Of a stretch of 64,000 nucleotides of DNA, positions 51,460 through 64,000 are shown piece by piece. Source of the stretch: Phoronis australis. Taxonomy: Eukaryota; Animalia; Phoronida. The translations under genes were made by a program, and so were the position numbers. The notes beneath the pieces are model-generated. The model was not told the DNA's origin, did not search any database, and worked only from the letters and a program-made list of their open reading frames with translations. The stretch covers positions 496,242 to 560,241 of the forward strand of contig NMRA01000228.1 in the NCBI GenBank assembly GCA_002633005.1, in the 5' to 3' direction. Positions within the stretch are counted from its first letter, which is position 1; each line of letters opens with the position of its first letter.

Positions 51460-53270
51460 ATATATTACATGATACTAGTAAACATCGCTTTTATCAGGGC
51501 TTCATTTGGTGACTTGTAGGTTAATTGCCTGAATGCAATCTCAGATTTTGGATGACTACCTGGTAAAAATCCCAGGTCATCTCAAAGTTGCCACACATAC
51601 ACCCAAGTATGCTCTCAAAATACTACAAGAAGTAAACTGATGGATGTAAGAACCGTTGGCAAAAATGGAATGTCCCAAGTATGAGTCGTGCATCGGTAAC
51701 ATGTGCCGACCTTCTATTTGCTCTTTCGGAAGATACTGTAGTCTGCGCGATATATTTTGGGTCCGACAGGTGGGTATTGGTTGTTGTGGAATGCGCGGGA
51801 CACTTCCGTTCAACTTAAGTTAGGTACAGGTGATCTCGTAGCAAAAAGCTCCCCGGTTTTTCTCTTAAGGTACGCTTTTTATTCTTTATTTGTGGTCTTG
51901 CCAATAACCCATCATTTGAGTTCCCATGTGACAACCTGGGAATTTTACTAGTTGGCAGAAAGTAATACTCTTAACCTGTGGTTTTGTAGAAATATCTTTT
52001 GTATTCATTCCCTTAGACTCTTAGTGGTTATGGGGTTTCACGTTTTATTAGTGAATTTTCAAATATGCCATTTAAACGTGTTGCAAAGCCGGCGAACAGG
52101 TCCCAGTGACACGTACGTTAAAACAGCTCATGGAGCGCGGTGATTTCAATTGAACATTCATAAGTACGTTTGCTATTTACTCAAGGAATCAACTATATCA
52201 ATGTTTGTATTGTTCAAGATAACATCACTACCTTCTCACAATCTTGTCGGCCAAATAAAACCAATCTTTGCAATAGTCACAACAAGTCTTACAAGCCATA
52301 CTATTAGGGACACAGTGTTCTCCAAACTCAACGCAAATTTTTTGGAGTTCAATAAAATTTTTTGGAGTTCAATAACAACAGTCAACACTTTTTTCTCTAG
52401 ACCTAATATATGCACTGGAGATATTTGTATATATTTCAAAAATGTACACTGAACTGGTTTGACCTACTTTTTGACAGTACTTCCAAGTGTGGTTTTCCTA
52501 CCAGTGTATCACCAAAGCATTCATGACAGACTCAGAACAGCAAACAAGATGTTATAAGTTCTTTTAAAAATAGCATTGCCAATTCTATTATAAATTCTAC
52601 ATATTAAATTCAAGTAATGTTTGTTTTGGTGTAACCTAATATTTAGTGACATCTGTTGTCCAGTTTAATAAGCTAATAAGTTCTAATTTGCCACCAGATG
52701 TCAGTCAAGATCAAAATTATCTTTAGTAAAGGCATATCAAAATGTTACTTTGCAGGTTAAAATGCAAAATTTAAAGGTTAGAATGACGAAGTAGATTAGT
52801 TATTCATTTAAGTAAGCTGGCTGACTCCATGAAATTACGTCAGATTTTCTTAGTAGTTTACAATCTTTTAATGTAAAAATGGTATGTTAACTGCCTCAGA
52901 ACAAACAGAACCATGGTTGATGGTGGTAAAATCAGGCTCTGCTTTGATGCCAAGGGCTGAAGTTTTACTTAAACTTGCCTTACCGCAATGAGTCAAAAGA
53001 AGAGTCAAAACAAGTCGGAGAGCACACTGGGAGTTATAACTTTGTTGGCCAAATAATCCCCGAGACAACTCCAATTTTCTCATTATTCCATGTAATGCTT
53101 TGTATACAATATAACTGCTTCTTGCTATCCACCAATTTGGTCCAAATTATGAGCAGAGTTTTGAAACTATTGATTTATAAGGCACGGGATGCAGTCGTCG
53201 TCCAAATGCCTGAACTTTGAACTTTTTTTCTATCACTGACCTAGAAGTCACTTCAGCTCTAAGACAATTC

Positions 53271-53702
53271 CAAGGGGAATCAACAGTTGGTTGGACTTCA
53301 AAACCAGCTGATTGAACTGCAAAACACAAAACGGGTTGGCCGGTACCTCAAAACCAGATGGTCGCACCGAAAGAAATGGTTGGCCTAACCTAAAACTGGT
53401 TGGCCGGTGCTCAAACACAATGGCTGAACAAGTTACTGATTTTGATCAAAATGAATAGGTACGAAAAATAATGTCTCTTGAATCCTTCGAGACATTCAAA
53501 GCAAGGCTCTGAGGAAGTCCGGCCATCGTGTTTGATCACCGACCTATTAGTTATAGCACCAGCCATCTTGGGTCCAGCCAACTAGTTTTTTGGGTGAGGT
53601 CATCTCATTTTGAAGTCCAGACAACACATTTGGTCACCGGCTTTTGGTTTTGCAGTCCAGCTGACTGGTTTTGAAGTCCAATCAACTGTTGAATCCACCT
53701 TG
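53271..53702. mobile_element. Foldback/MITE with long imperfect TIRs
   Basis: CAAGGGGAATCAACAGTTGGTTGGACTTCAAAACCAG pairs with CTGGTTTTGAAGTCCAATCAACTGTTGAATCCACCTTG. Confidence 0.7.
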
Positions 53703-53742
53703 AAAGATCTGCACGGTTGCACTTAAAATTAGACAGTTACTA

Positions 53743-54183
53743 CCGGGGTTTTCCGTAGATAAGCCCATGGGCATGTATTCGGAAAATGAAAATTTTCAGG
53801 CGTTTTGGCAACAACAAATAAACACCCATGTGTTTATTCGGAAAAGTTGGTGTGTAAACGGAAAGCCATAGTTTTGCTTGACTTGACACTATTTTACTTA
53901 AAAATGTGTTTTTAAATTTTTTGTTAATAAATACATAGTTCACCTATGCCTTGTTCATTTTTATACATGATAAATGCTCCTCAAAACTGAATTTGTGACA
54001 AAAAGATGACGCTGAGTGGGCTTTTAGGAGGAAAATTTCCAAATAATCGTCCCAGCCTGTCTGAACACTTGACGCCAAAAGTTGTGACACCAAATAAACG
54101 CCCATGAGCGTGTATTTGGCATAATTTTCCGAATAAACGCCCATGGGTGTTTCATCGGCTAGGCTTATCTACGAAAACCCCGG
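53743..54183. mobile_element. Tc1/mariner-type MITE with TA flanks
   Basis: TA|CCGGGGTTTTCCGTAGATAAGCC ... GGCTTATCTACGAAAACCCCGG|TA. Confidence 0.75.
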
Positions 54184-56527
54184 TATTTTGCCTTTAAACA
54201 GAACTGTCAGGGCTTGATTTGGCAAGCTTTTGTTTGGCGATGTGATGAAAGTTCCAAGACCCAAGTTGCCATGAATTGCCAGGCAGTCATCTGAGCATGC
54301 AGTCAAAATACTATGTACAGGATGTATGCGGGTGGAAGTCAAAATTGTTCAGCAATAATTGCAAGGTCTCTTTTATGAATCTTGTGCGAGTAGTGTGTGA
54401 TGGTGGTATGTTTCTGTCTCAGAAAGTGAGCTTTGGTCCAACAGAAGGGAAATTGTTTGATATCAAGTGTGCAAGGCGCATCATTCGTAGGGGCTAGTGT
54501 TAGAGGTTTCCTGTATGGCAACCTTGGGAATTTCGGCAGGTCATATTTTGGGAGTTGTGCTAAGCGTCAAGTCCTGACTATTAAACAAAATTTGTCTCGC
54601 ACCTAAGAACCTAAAACGTTTAAATATTACAAAGACAGCCATAAAATCAAGTACAGAAGTTGCTCTGGTTTTGAACTAGATGCATTGGCCTTTTTCACTT
54701 TCAAAAGTATTAGCTGAGAAGTTATGCTTTAGGGTGTCATTTTGTTATTGTTAGGAGAATTCTAAATGTTAAAATTCAACAGTTGGACCACGTCATAGAA
54801 TGTAAATAAAACAAAATGTTAATTTAATGAACTTATTGTTTTTGTGTTAGTGTCTCATGTTTGTAGAAAATTCTTAGTTTTTGGAAAACTGGTGATGCGT
54901 ATAAAAGATTTCCGTGTGTGCTCTGTAGTTTAATAAGGGGCCTAAAGGAAGTCCATGTCAAGTTACTGTTCTGCTGGAATCATCATGTTATTTTTACTCG
55001 CTATGTTAAGTCTTAGTTGAAAAAGCTGGTACTGGGCATTTTTAAGAGGTAGCAACCTGTGACCTACTTTATTAAGCATTTTTGTCACACCTTCAGTGAC
55101 AGTAGTAGCTCTTGTGTTTTTCAGTGTCTTGGGTGGTCTCATTTTGCATATTTTTGGCAAAACAAGAACCTTGATCTCGCAATCTTTTTAAGCTAAGCTT
55201 CGAGGAGATTGAACCAGCATTCAAAAACAAATTAAAGAGGACATTGACGGAGACTAGTGGGAGTGGAACAAATATCTGCTGGAATGTTCTCTGAAACTCG
55301 AAAAAATGCCACCGTGCATCAAGAAATTCATAATTGTATCTATGTGAACTGTAGTGCGTCCTTTTAAAATTGAAAAGAAGACAGTACATAAAAAGCTAAG
55401 TGAAAAGCTAATCAAGCTAATCACTAAGGACCAACACTTGATCACTAAGGATCAACATTTGATAATGTTATTAGCTCCACATATTTCTAAAAATCATAAT
55501 CCTAAATTTAATATTATTTAATGTCTGCAAGACAGCACCGGTGTTTTTCATCAAAATTCGAATTCTACGAGACATTGCTGTCAACTAAACCATGCTGAAC
55601 CAATTGTTTGCTTCATAGTTTGTTATAAGAATTAAGATACTGAAGTCCTCTTACTTACCTGTACTTTTAAAACAGCACCTTTATTATTAACATGTGCACA
55701 TCAGTGGCGGATCTAGGATATCACAAGGGGGGGGCCCAACATTTTGTCCGGTCGGAAGCCTTTGTGCAAACTGAACCACGAATGTAGATGCGCATAGCAC
55801 CGAATGGGGGAGGTCGGGAGGGGGGCAAACCCCCCTCCCGCCCAGGAAATTTTTCTGTTTTTACCTCGAAAAATCAAGCATTTTCCTTGATTCCTGAAGT
55901 ATTATCCAAGAAAAAAGGCAAAAAAAAACACGGAGAACGTGTCAAACAGGAAAAAAAATGCAAGTATCGAAGACTCGAACTCACGACCTGGGGACAGAGC
56001 GCATACGTTACCACTACACCACCACGATTTAACTACAACTTTCTTACTGAAAGACTTACTTGTTTATGGGCCACAGCGTTTGCGCGCGAAACCTACTTCT
56101 TTTTGTAATGCTTATTACATGTTTTATATTTTGTGCCATCAATTCTTAACAAATTTGTCGTATTTGAAATAGTCTTCAAATGCCCAAAAGACCAAATCCA
56201 TTTTTCGTGTTGGCAATAATGAAGGGATTGCTTTGGAAACCGTCTTAAGATAAGGTTTGACAAACAGAGTATTGCGAGTTTCTGAGTGATTCACTAAGGC
56301 TTCGATTAAAATTCACATCTTACCAGCAGCTTCTGTTTTTTCATCGTCACTCAGGTTCCATTTTCTTTAAAAAATGAAGTAAATTTTCTTCATTGCACAG
56401 TGGAGCAGACGANNNNNNNNNNNNNNNNNNNNNNNNNNNNNNNNNNNNNNNNNNNNNNNNNNNNNNNNNNNNNNNNNNNNNNNNNNNNNNNNNNNNNNNN
56501 NNNNNNNNNNNNNNNNNNNNNNNNNNN

Positions 56528-56800
56528 GTGTTTGCGGGAAAGTTGCAGGAAACTTTATTGGTGAAAAAGTGTTTGCGGGAAAGTTGCAGGAAACTTTATT
56601 GGTGAAAAAGTGTTTGCGGGAAAGTTGCAGGAATCTTTATTGGTGAAAAAGTGTTTGCGGGAAAGTTGCAGGAAACTTAATTGGTGAAAAAGTGTTTGCG
56701 GGAAAGTTGCAGGAAACTTTATTGGTGAAAAAGTGTTTGCGGGAAAGTTGCAGGAAACTTTATTGGTGAAAAGTGTTCTCAGGAATAGGTGAAAAAGTGC
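56528..56800. repeat. 41-bp minisatellite (at least 6 near-identical copies, abutting a gap)
   Basis: Unit GTGTTTGCGGGAAAGTTGCAGGAAACTTTATTGGTGAAAAA starts at 56528, 56569, 56610, 56651, 56692 and 56733. Confidence 0.95.
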
Positions 56801-59639
56801 TTGCACACAGTGTTAGCATTAATATTGTGACAATGTTAGAAATTGTGAAATTGTTTTTTATTTTCTAAATTTCAAAGAAAGCTCAAATCCCAGAACCTAA
56901 GCAAGGCAGTTACTTATTTTAGGTTACTTACCTAAATGTGTCCTATTGTTGGGTAAGTTACATTGTTAAAAACAGCAAATGCTCAAAGATGACCAAATGC
57001 GACCTAAAACACTAGAGAAGATAACTGCATCTGTATGTTCTTTGTTTTTTATTCAGTCACTGTACTTAACAAGTTTTCATTTTCCTTTCATACTGCTGTC
57101 AAAGTCAGTACAGCAAAATATTAAATGCAATTGCTTAAAACAACAAAGGCAGTGTTACCTGCATGCTGTGTAAACAAGCACAATAAATATCAATACAAAC
57201 CATACACAAATATATGATCCAGTTTTACCAGATGTGCAAGTATTAGCATTTAGAGCAATGTGAACTTTTCCAACATTTGAAATTATCTCATAATCAGGTG
57301 GTAGCTGCCATTCTGTAGCTACAGTAAAATTTTGTCTATTTCGGACAAAAATAATTGCCAAAAATTACTCATTTTGATTTTTCGAGGACATTTAGCATTG
57401 TTGTGAAGACTCACAATTTTTCAAAATATTGTCTGTCAGCAGCTATGGTACGGACTTGGATATGACTCGGGACTGCCACATTATTTATGAAAAAATAAGA
57501 AATTTAATTTCACTAGTGTCCTTATATTATTGTTTATGCTTCTAGGGTTATTGTTCACTTTAATCATATTAGCCCAGCTACATGTTGAACTGCTAGGACA
57601 GTTTTCAAGGCATGCCTCTTGAAATACATTAATGTGTAATGCCTCTAAGGCTGTTGATTGTTTATTTAAATTATGCTAGCCCAGCCACATGTTGATCTGG
57701 TGGGACTGTTATCAAGGAAAGCATGTGGTTGTCAAGGTTACATGCCTGGGAAGTGACCTATAAGCTTTCATTTGAACCAAATTCAAACGGTTTTGGTACA
57801 GCCTAGACTCTACATGGATAACTGAAGAACTGTATGGATGTGAGTTTTGAATTTAAAATTGTATTTATATTGATGTGATTGTTAAGTAAAATTACTTAGA
57901 CTTCATTCATGAATCAGTAGTTTTGGTCTTACAAACAAAAGGAAGTTGATTTTTTACTGATTCAGCCAAATTGGAGGTTATAATGGTTAAGGAAAAGAAC
58001 AGCACAGATTTCAAATTAGTTAACTGGGGTTGAGACCAGAATCAACTAGTTTCAAAAACATTGTCAAGTTTCATGTAACCAGTCCTTCAAAATAATCACT
58101 TAACTGAGACTGTAAAACTTAAGTTTGTGTCAATTTTCACATCGCTCTCTGACTGTTTGATTCACAATAGGAACAACAAATTTTTATTTTGGTTTAATGC
58201 ATGGTAACTATTGGGCACAAAATAAGATTAGCATATTGTATATTCAACTACTGGTAGGTGTTTTAACTGCCATCACCTTCAGTCATATGCATTCTCAGTC
58301 TGCAGTCAAGCTATTGAACACAAGTTTAACCGTCTGTTCATACATGAGCAGAAGAGCAAAAGTTCGACTTAAAACGTAATTGAGATTCTAATAATGCTAT
58401 CACAAATGCCTTTTTGTGGAAAGTGAAATGGCATTCATATTTTAGGTTTGTGAATATTGAGTGACATAATGTACTTGATGAAAGCCAGAGACACTGCAGA
58501 GGTTACGAGGCAACGAGTTTGAGTTGAAAACACTGGAACAAATGGCGTACGCAGCATCTCAAGGTTGCGTCGAACAAACATGGATGAAAACACTAGCGAT
58601 CATCCCATATGAACCCTATGGAAAACCTCCGATTGCTGTAATGCAGATTAGTCTGGAGTAGAATGTGTTTAGAACGTCCACTAGTATGGTAATAACTGGA
58701 TATAACCTCTGTAGTTGTTCTTTTCAACACCATGGTAATATTGTAGAATAGAAAGGTATAATTTTTGGTTGATGCCTTAGATAAATGAATGATGTTATTG
58801 GATGATATCGCTATAGTCGAAATATAGCAAATTTCAACAAAGGCCTACAAGTTCAATGATAGCCCATTCAGTAGACTGATGTATCATGAAACCATATTGG
58901 GAAGCAAAAATAGTAATCAATGAAGTATTCGACAGTTTTCAAGTATTTTAGATGAACATGGGAAAAATAAATATGTTTATAATTGTTAAGAGTGATTTTT
59001 TTCAGTTGACAAGTAATGAGGTAATTTAAAATAAAATGCTTAAATATGCTCAACATGCTGTCCTAAGCATGCCTTTCCACAGGGGAAAGTCAGATTTCAT
59101 GGTTTTCTCCACTGGCATTCGACATGATATTTTGCGCCATTTTCAATGCTAATAAACACCCCCTTGGGTACATTTCAACGCTCTATGTTGCTGTTGTCAG
59201 TTTAGTCAAGTAAATAATATCGTTGTTGCAATTGTTATAGATTTTGTCGTGCGTTAAGAATAAAACATCTCGGTATATTGTAATTAAAGCTTGGCATACA
59301 TTCAAATTGTTCTCTCAAGACACAATTTTGATTGTAATACAAGTATTATTACTAATTGCCACTATAGACACTTTTATAGTTCCTGTTATTCATTGTCATG
59401 TGATTTTGTTTTAATTTCTAGTCATTATACATCAGATTGAAAGTTATCATGTTAAATCCAGTGTGCAGCTGATTGTGTATTTTCTTGCTTTAACAAGCGG
59501 GCATGCAATAAAAATTATGTATTTGTCAGCTGGCATTTCTACATTAAATTATTCATGCCACAATTCAAGTATGTTGTAGTCTTGCATCCAATATTTTTTC
59601 TGGTGGTTCGCAGAAACTTCTATATAACCCCATGAAGAT

Positions 59640-60012
59640 ATGAAGATGTTTCCGGCAAGCTCGCAGCAATGTGTGCGGCTGGGTTGCAGGAACTGTTCCA
59701 TATAAGGACAGGGATGTTTGCGGCAATCTTGCAGCAATGTGTGCGGCTGGGTTGCAGGAATTGTTCCATATAAGGACATAGAGATGTTTGCTGCAAGCTT
59801 GCGGCAAACTTCATTTGCATGGTAAAAGTTTGCTGCATGTTTGCGGCAAGCATGCCGCAAGCTTGCGGCAATGTTTGCGGCTGGATTGCAGGAAATTTGC
59901 ATCCACTCTTTGGTCAGAGTTGATTCTACGTGTTTGCCACTGGTTTGCAGAAACTTTTGCAGCAAGCTTGCCGCAACTTTGCGGCAAGCTTGCGGCAAGT
60001 GTTTGCAGGAAG
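59640..60012. repeat. Array of short TTTGCGGCAAG / GCAAGCTTGC palindromic motifs with a ~69-bp tandem duplication
   Basis: Repeated GTTTGCGGCAA and GCAAGCTTGC. GCAGCAATGTGTGCGGCTGGGTTGCAGGAA occurs twice. Confidence 0.7.
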
Positions 60013-61473
60013 GCTTTTTTTCTGGTATGGGGATTAATAATGTTTAAAACTTTATTTCACATTTTATATTTAGGATAGTCACGTTTACTTACTAGTTTCG
60101 AATTTGTATTAGAGCTACTTAATGCATGAAAACAGTTTTGGTGGTTACCAACAGGTGTCTTTGACTAATACAAAATAAGTATCTCTCTCATTCCCATCCA
60201 TACTGTTTACCATCTCCAAAGAGAAGTGAGGTTTTTAGGTTGTTTTATATCTTTAAACGAATGTGTTGAAAAGTTGAAATGCTAGAGTACATTCATAGCA
60301 TTATCTTACCTGGGGTGATGATTTCGGTGTATTTTGAGTAAAAAACATTAAATACGTAGCAAAAGACCAATATAGCCTAAATACTGAAGTTGGAATTATG
60401 TTGCATTGAATTTGTGGCCACAACAAACAATTTAATACTAGAAATTCAGAGTATCATCCGTCACACTAACTCACCTTGCATAGACCATTAATTATTTTCC
60501 TAGGATGAAAACTTTTTTACAATTGGTCAAAATGTTCTATGATTGTGTGTCCATCACAGATGGGATTGACCTTTAGCAGCTCTGATTTTTGTGAAGTCAG
60601 TCACGGGAATAGCAAAACTGAGCAATTTGGCTGACAAGGTTGTGAAGTCTCATATGTATTGGCCTGTGAGGTAGATAGTAGATGGTGAATAGCATAAATC
60701 TGCTTATTTGGCTGATTTGTTGGGTAAATAATCACTTAAGTTTTTTAGTTTGTCATTTGAGTTTTCAAGTAGCTGTTTGTAAGTGTATTTGTGATGGAAG
60801 CTTGAAATGAATCCCCAGATTTTTGCACTTATTATGTAGAGTGTAAAATGTTAAAATGCATTTGGGTTCCCGAGACTCTTGCAGGTGTTTCCTGACTGAT
60901 GAACTCCCTTTCTTTTCTTCTGTACTGACTTTACTGTACTCTGGTGTCCCCCAAAATTCTCTCACAGGGCTATTATGAATTAATATTTATAGTTATATTT
61001 TTTTTAAGAATAACTGGGCCCACTTTACTTTTGATAACATACTAACACACCGACTAGTCGCATCAGTTGCAGTTATCTTGCATTCCGGGACTTAATACTC
61101 GTAAGGATTCATAAATTGTGCCGAGGCGTCTCAAAATTCAGATTGCAGGATTTTATTTGCATGGACCTAGAGATAATCGATGTTGGTCAACAAATTGGAA
61201 ATTTTCATCTTTTGCTTTCATAGCTAGACATGCATAACACGCATGTTAAGAAACATGCGATTGGTTTGTAATGGCTAGTTATATTCTTTTGATATTAAAC
61301 TCAGACGAGTTAGTAATTGTTAACCGTAATTAATTGTATTTGCAAAACAACTGAGATTTGATTTGCAGACTTTGTTGCCAGGTTTAGGTATGCTGGTCGG
61401 GCGTTTTGGTAGACAAGTGTCACCTGTGACGTATCTTGAAACAGTTGAAAATTTTGAAACATCTTATTTGTAG

Positions 61474-61597
61474 GCTCTTCTCCAGGACCACCTAATTCCC
61501 AACAATGAAGAAACTGACGCCCAAGTCTTCTACTACAAAATGAAAGGCGATTACTACCGTTACATCAGCGAAGTAAAGGCTGGCAGCGAAGAAAGTA
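61474..61597 (+). CDS. Divergent 14-3-3 paralog (gene B) coding exon 2
   Basis: Acceptor TTTGTAG|GCT. Translates to ALLQDHLIPNNEETDAQVFYYKMKGDYYRYISEVKAGSEES. 124 nt (canonical size) using A|GTGTGC; an alternative phase-1 donor A|GTAGTG follows 61594. Too short for the ORF track. Confidence 0.9.
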
Positions 61598-61652
61598 GTG
61601 TGCTCATTCTTCTTGTCTTGACCCAAGTTGGTCCTGGAATTTAAGAAATCAT

Positions 61653-62110
61653 TTTATGCGCCCTCATATACATATAATTATGTGAGTGCATATTGCCGTC
61701 ATCTCTGTCTCGACATCCACTGCTGTGTCTCATAAAGCTCTGGCAGGATCTTAAGTAGATTTGGCAAATGTGTTCCTAGAACGACAGACGGCAAAGATAT
61801 TCTGACCGATCCGAATACTGCTCTTCCCCCTAGTGCCCATGGGGTTCTATTAAGAGACGATGACAACTTCCTGTTGGGAAAATTTTTATGTGTTCATACT
61901 GAGAAGATTATGGCTGGTAAAGATTTTTGGACAATTTTGACTGTTGTGGCATACCCCAGTGGCAGATATGCTTTTTTGCTTCCGCAACTGTCAGTGCGGG
62001 ATCTTTGTGAAATTTGGCAAGTGCATTTCTATGAGCGTGACAACAGATGACTGCGATTTTAAGACATTATCTGACAACCGCTGTGTCTCTTAGTGTAAGT
62101 TGTGATATTT
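61653..62110 (-). mobile_element. Degenerate HINE 3' portion immediately after gene B exon 2
   Basis: Hairpin end TTTTATGCGCCCTCATATA...TATGTGAGTGCATATTGCCGTCATC followed by decayed monomers. Confidence 0.65.
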
Positions 62111-62875
62111 TTTATGACCTCAGAAAGAGTGTTCCTTTTGAGGAGAGCATTGCTGGCTTGAGATGCTCACATTGGGCACATGTCAATGCACCCCATTGCT
62201 CTTGCTATTATTTGCGAGTGTAATTTTTGTTGCCTATCTCTGTATCTACCAAGTCACTCAGAGGATCATCATGAATATTAGCAGATGTCTTCTCACTGAC
62301 GAGAGCATGACTCACATTGATTTTTGGATGGGTCTAACTATTGAAATGCCTCCCCTTGGCATTTTTTGCATCCGTGTCTTATCTTCTAAGCCCGTTAATT
62401 TAATGACAAATTGGTGGATCCAGTTGCAGCTCTGCCTGCTTGTGGAATTTGATTTTTTACTACATTTGCTTCTGTGTTTTTTAGTTCCTCAACATAGTTT
62501 CGTGGAATGTAGCCAATAGTTTTCTACGGTGATACTTCCAATTTTCTGGCAGGTTCTCTGTATTCTGTGCCATATAGTGGTCATTTCATGATACTAATTA
62601 TTGCCTCAAGAGACATACTGTACTGTTTGTGGTGCTGTTGTGGGCGCACTCCAAGGCTTCGCGTTGTGCTTGTCATTGTGGACACACTTTTAAATGAATG
62701 GCTCCCAAAACTTGGGACCTGACTTGTATCAGGGCTTGCAATTTTCCTCCTTGAAAAGCATTTACTTTTTTTGGTTTCAATTTCCAGTTTCCTCCTTTTT
62801 CGTCTCTTTTTTACCTTTATTACTCTGCGCGTGTAAGCACAGAGTACTGTTGTTCCTGGGTTTTCTTCAATTTTA

Positions 62876-64000
62876 TTATGCGCCCACATATTTATATGTG
62901 GACGCATTATGCCGTCATCTCTGTCTGTCCGTCCGGGCGGCGTCTGGCTTCCGGCGTCCGCTGCTTTATCTCCAAAACCCTTTGACATACGCTCATGAAA
63001 TTTGGCACATATGTTCCATTCATTAATGGGACGGCATGTGCGAACTTTTGGACAGATCCGACTACCGGTGTGCCCCCTAGTAGCAATTTTAGTTTTTTAC
63101 GCTTACCTTTGTATCTTCAAAAGTCCTGAACGGATTTTCATGAAATTTGGTATGTAGTCACCTATAAGTGAGATGATGCTATCCTCCCCTTTTCAGATGG
63201 ATTCGACATAGTTTGCGCCACCTAGTGGCCATTTTTAGTGTTTTCGAGTCTGTTTTTGTGCGTCCACTTCTCTATCAACCAAACCGCTCAGAGGATGATT
63301 GTGAAAATTGGCATGTATATGCTTACTATGTAGAGAACAGTTGACGATGATTTTCCGACGATTTCGACTACTGTAGCGCCTCCTAGTGGCAGTTTTGTTT
63401 TTTTGCGCCTATGGCTGTATCTCCTTAACCGTTCGCAGGATCTTTACGAAATTGTGTAAGTATATATATATGATGTTAACAACAAAAGATGACGACTTTT
63501 GGACGGATCTGACTACTGGTGTGCCCCCTAGTGGCAAGTTTAATTTTTTACGCTTACCTTTGTATCTTCAAAAGTTTTGAACGGATTTTCATGAAATTTG
63601 GTATGTAGTCACCTATAAGTGAGATGACGCTATCCTCCCATTTTCAGATGGATTCGACATAGTTTGTGCCACCTAGTGGCCATTTTTAGTGTTTTCGAGT
63701 CTGTTTTTGTGCGTCCACCCCTCTATCAACCAAACCGCTCAGAGGATGATTGTGAAAATTGGCATGTATATGCTTACCATGTAGAGGACGGTTGACGATG
63801 ATTTTCCGACGATTTTGACTACTGTGGCGCCTCCTAGTGGCAGTTTTGTTTTTTTGCGCCTATGGCTGTATCTCCTTAACCGTTCGCAGGATCTTTACGA
63901 AATTGTGTAAGTATATATATATGATGTTAACAACAAAAGATGACGACTTTTGGACGGATCTGACTACTGGTGTGCCCCCTAGTGGCAAGTTTAATTTTTT
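62876..64000 (-). mobile_element. Young HINE/DINE-1-like copy with 451-bp tandem higher-order repeat, running off the window
   Basis: Hairpin TATGCGCCCACATATTTATATGTGGACGCAT and GTCC microsatellite. Near-identical sequence recurs at +451 (63101/63552; 63361/63812). Confidence 0.85.

Noticed and set aside
56528-56800. Possible CRISPR array or repetitive protein (ORF 56555-56806)
   Set aside because: Head-to-tail identical units with no unique spacers, no cas genes and a eukaryotic intron context.
59549-60078. Overlapping ORFs on both strands (up to 149 aa)
   Set aside because: They arise from stop-poor palindromic repeats and have no recognisable domain.

Overview
AT-rich, repeat-dense animal genomic DNA with five assembly gaps and no prokaryotic features. 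The protein-coding content is a 14-3-3 locus with two paralogous 5' halves arranged head-to-head, with ATGs about 4.6 kb apart. Gene A is on the minus strand (exon 1 43067-42765, exon 2 32364-32223). Divergent gene B is on the plus strand (exon 1 47672-47959, exon 2 61474-~61597) and continues beyond the window. Downstream of gene A exon 2 are two phase-compatible 164-nt exon 3 copies: a divergent complete 3' cassette (17763-17600, 16398-16294, 13529-13470 with stop) and, 12 kb further on, a more canonical exon 3 (1376-1213) with no visible exon 1/2 of its own. This suggests alternative C-terminal halves on a shared N-terminus. The introns carry many copies of a DINE-1/HINE-like non-autonomous Helentron whose internal ~451-bp higher-order repeat has a CTCF-consensus-like motif about every 150 bp. 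Every copy I could orient left of the shared promoter points one way and every copy to the right points the other. Also present are two decayed LINEs, several TIR elements/MITEs, a ~500-bp inverted duplication and a 41-bp minisatellite.
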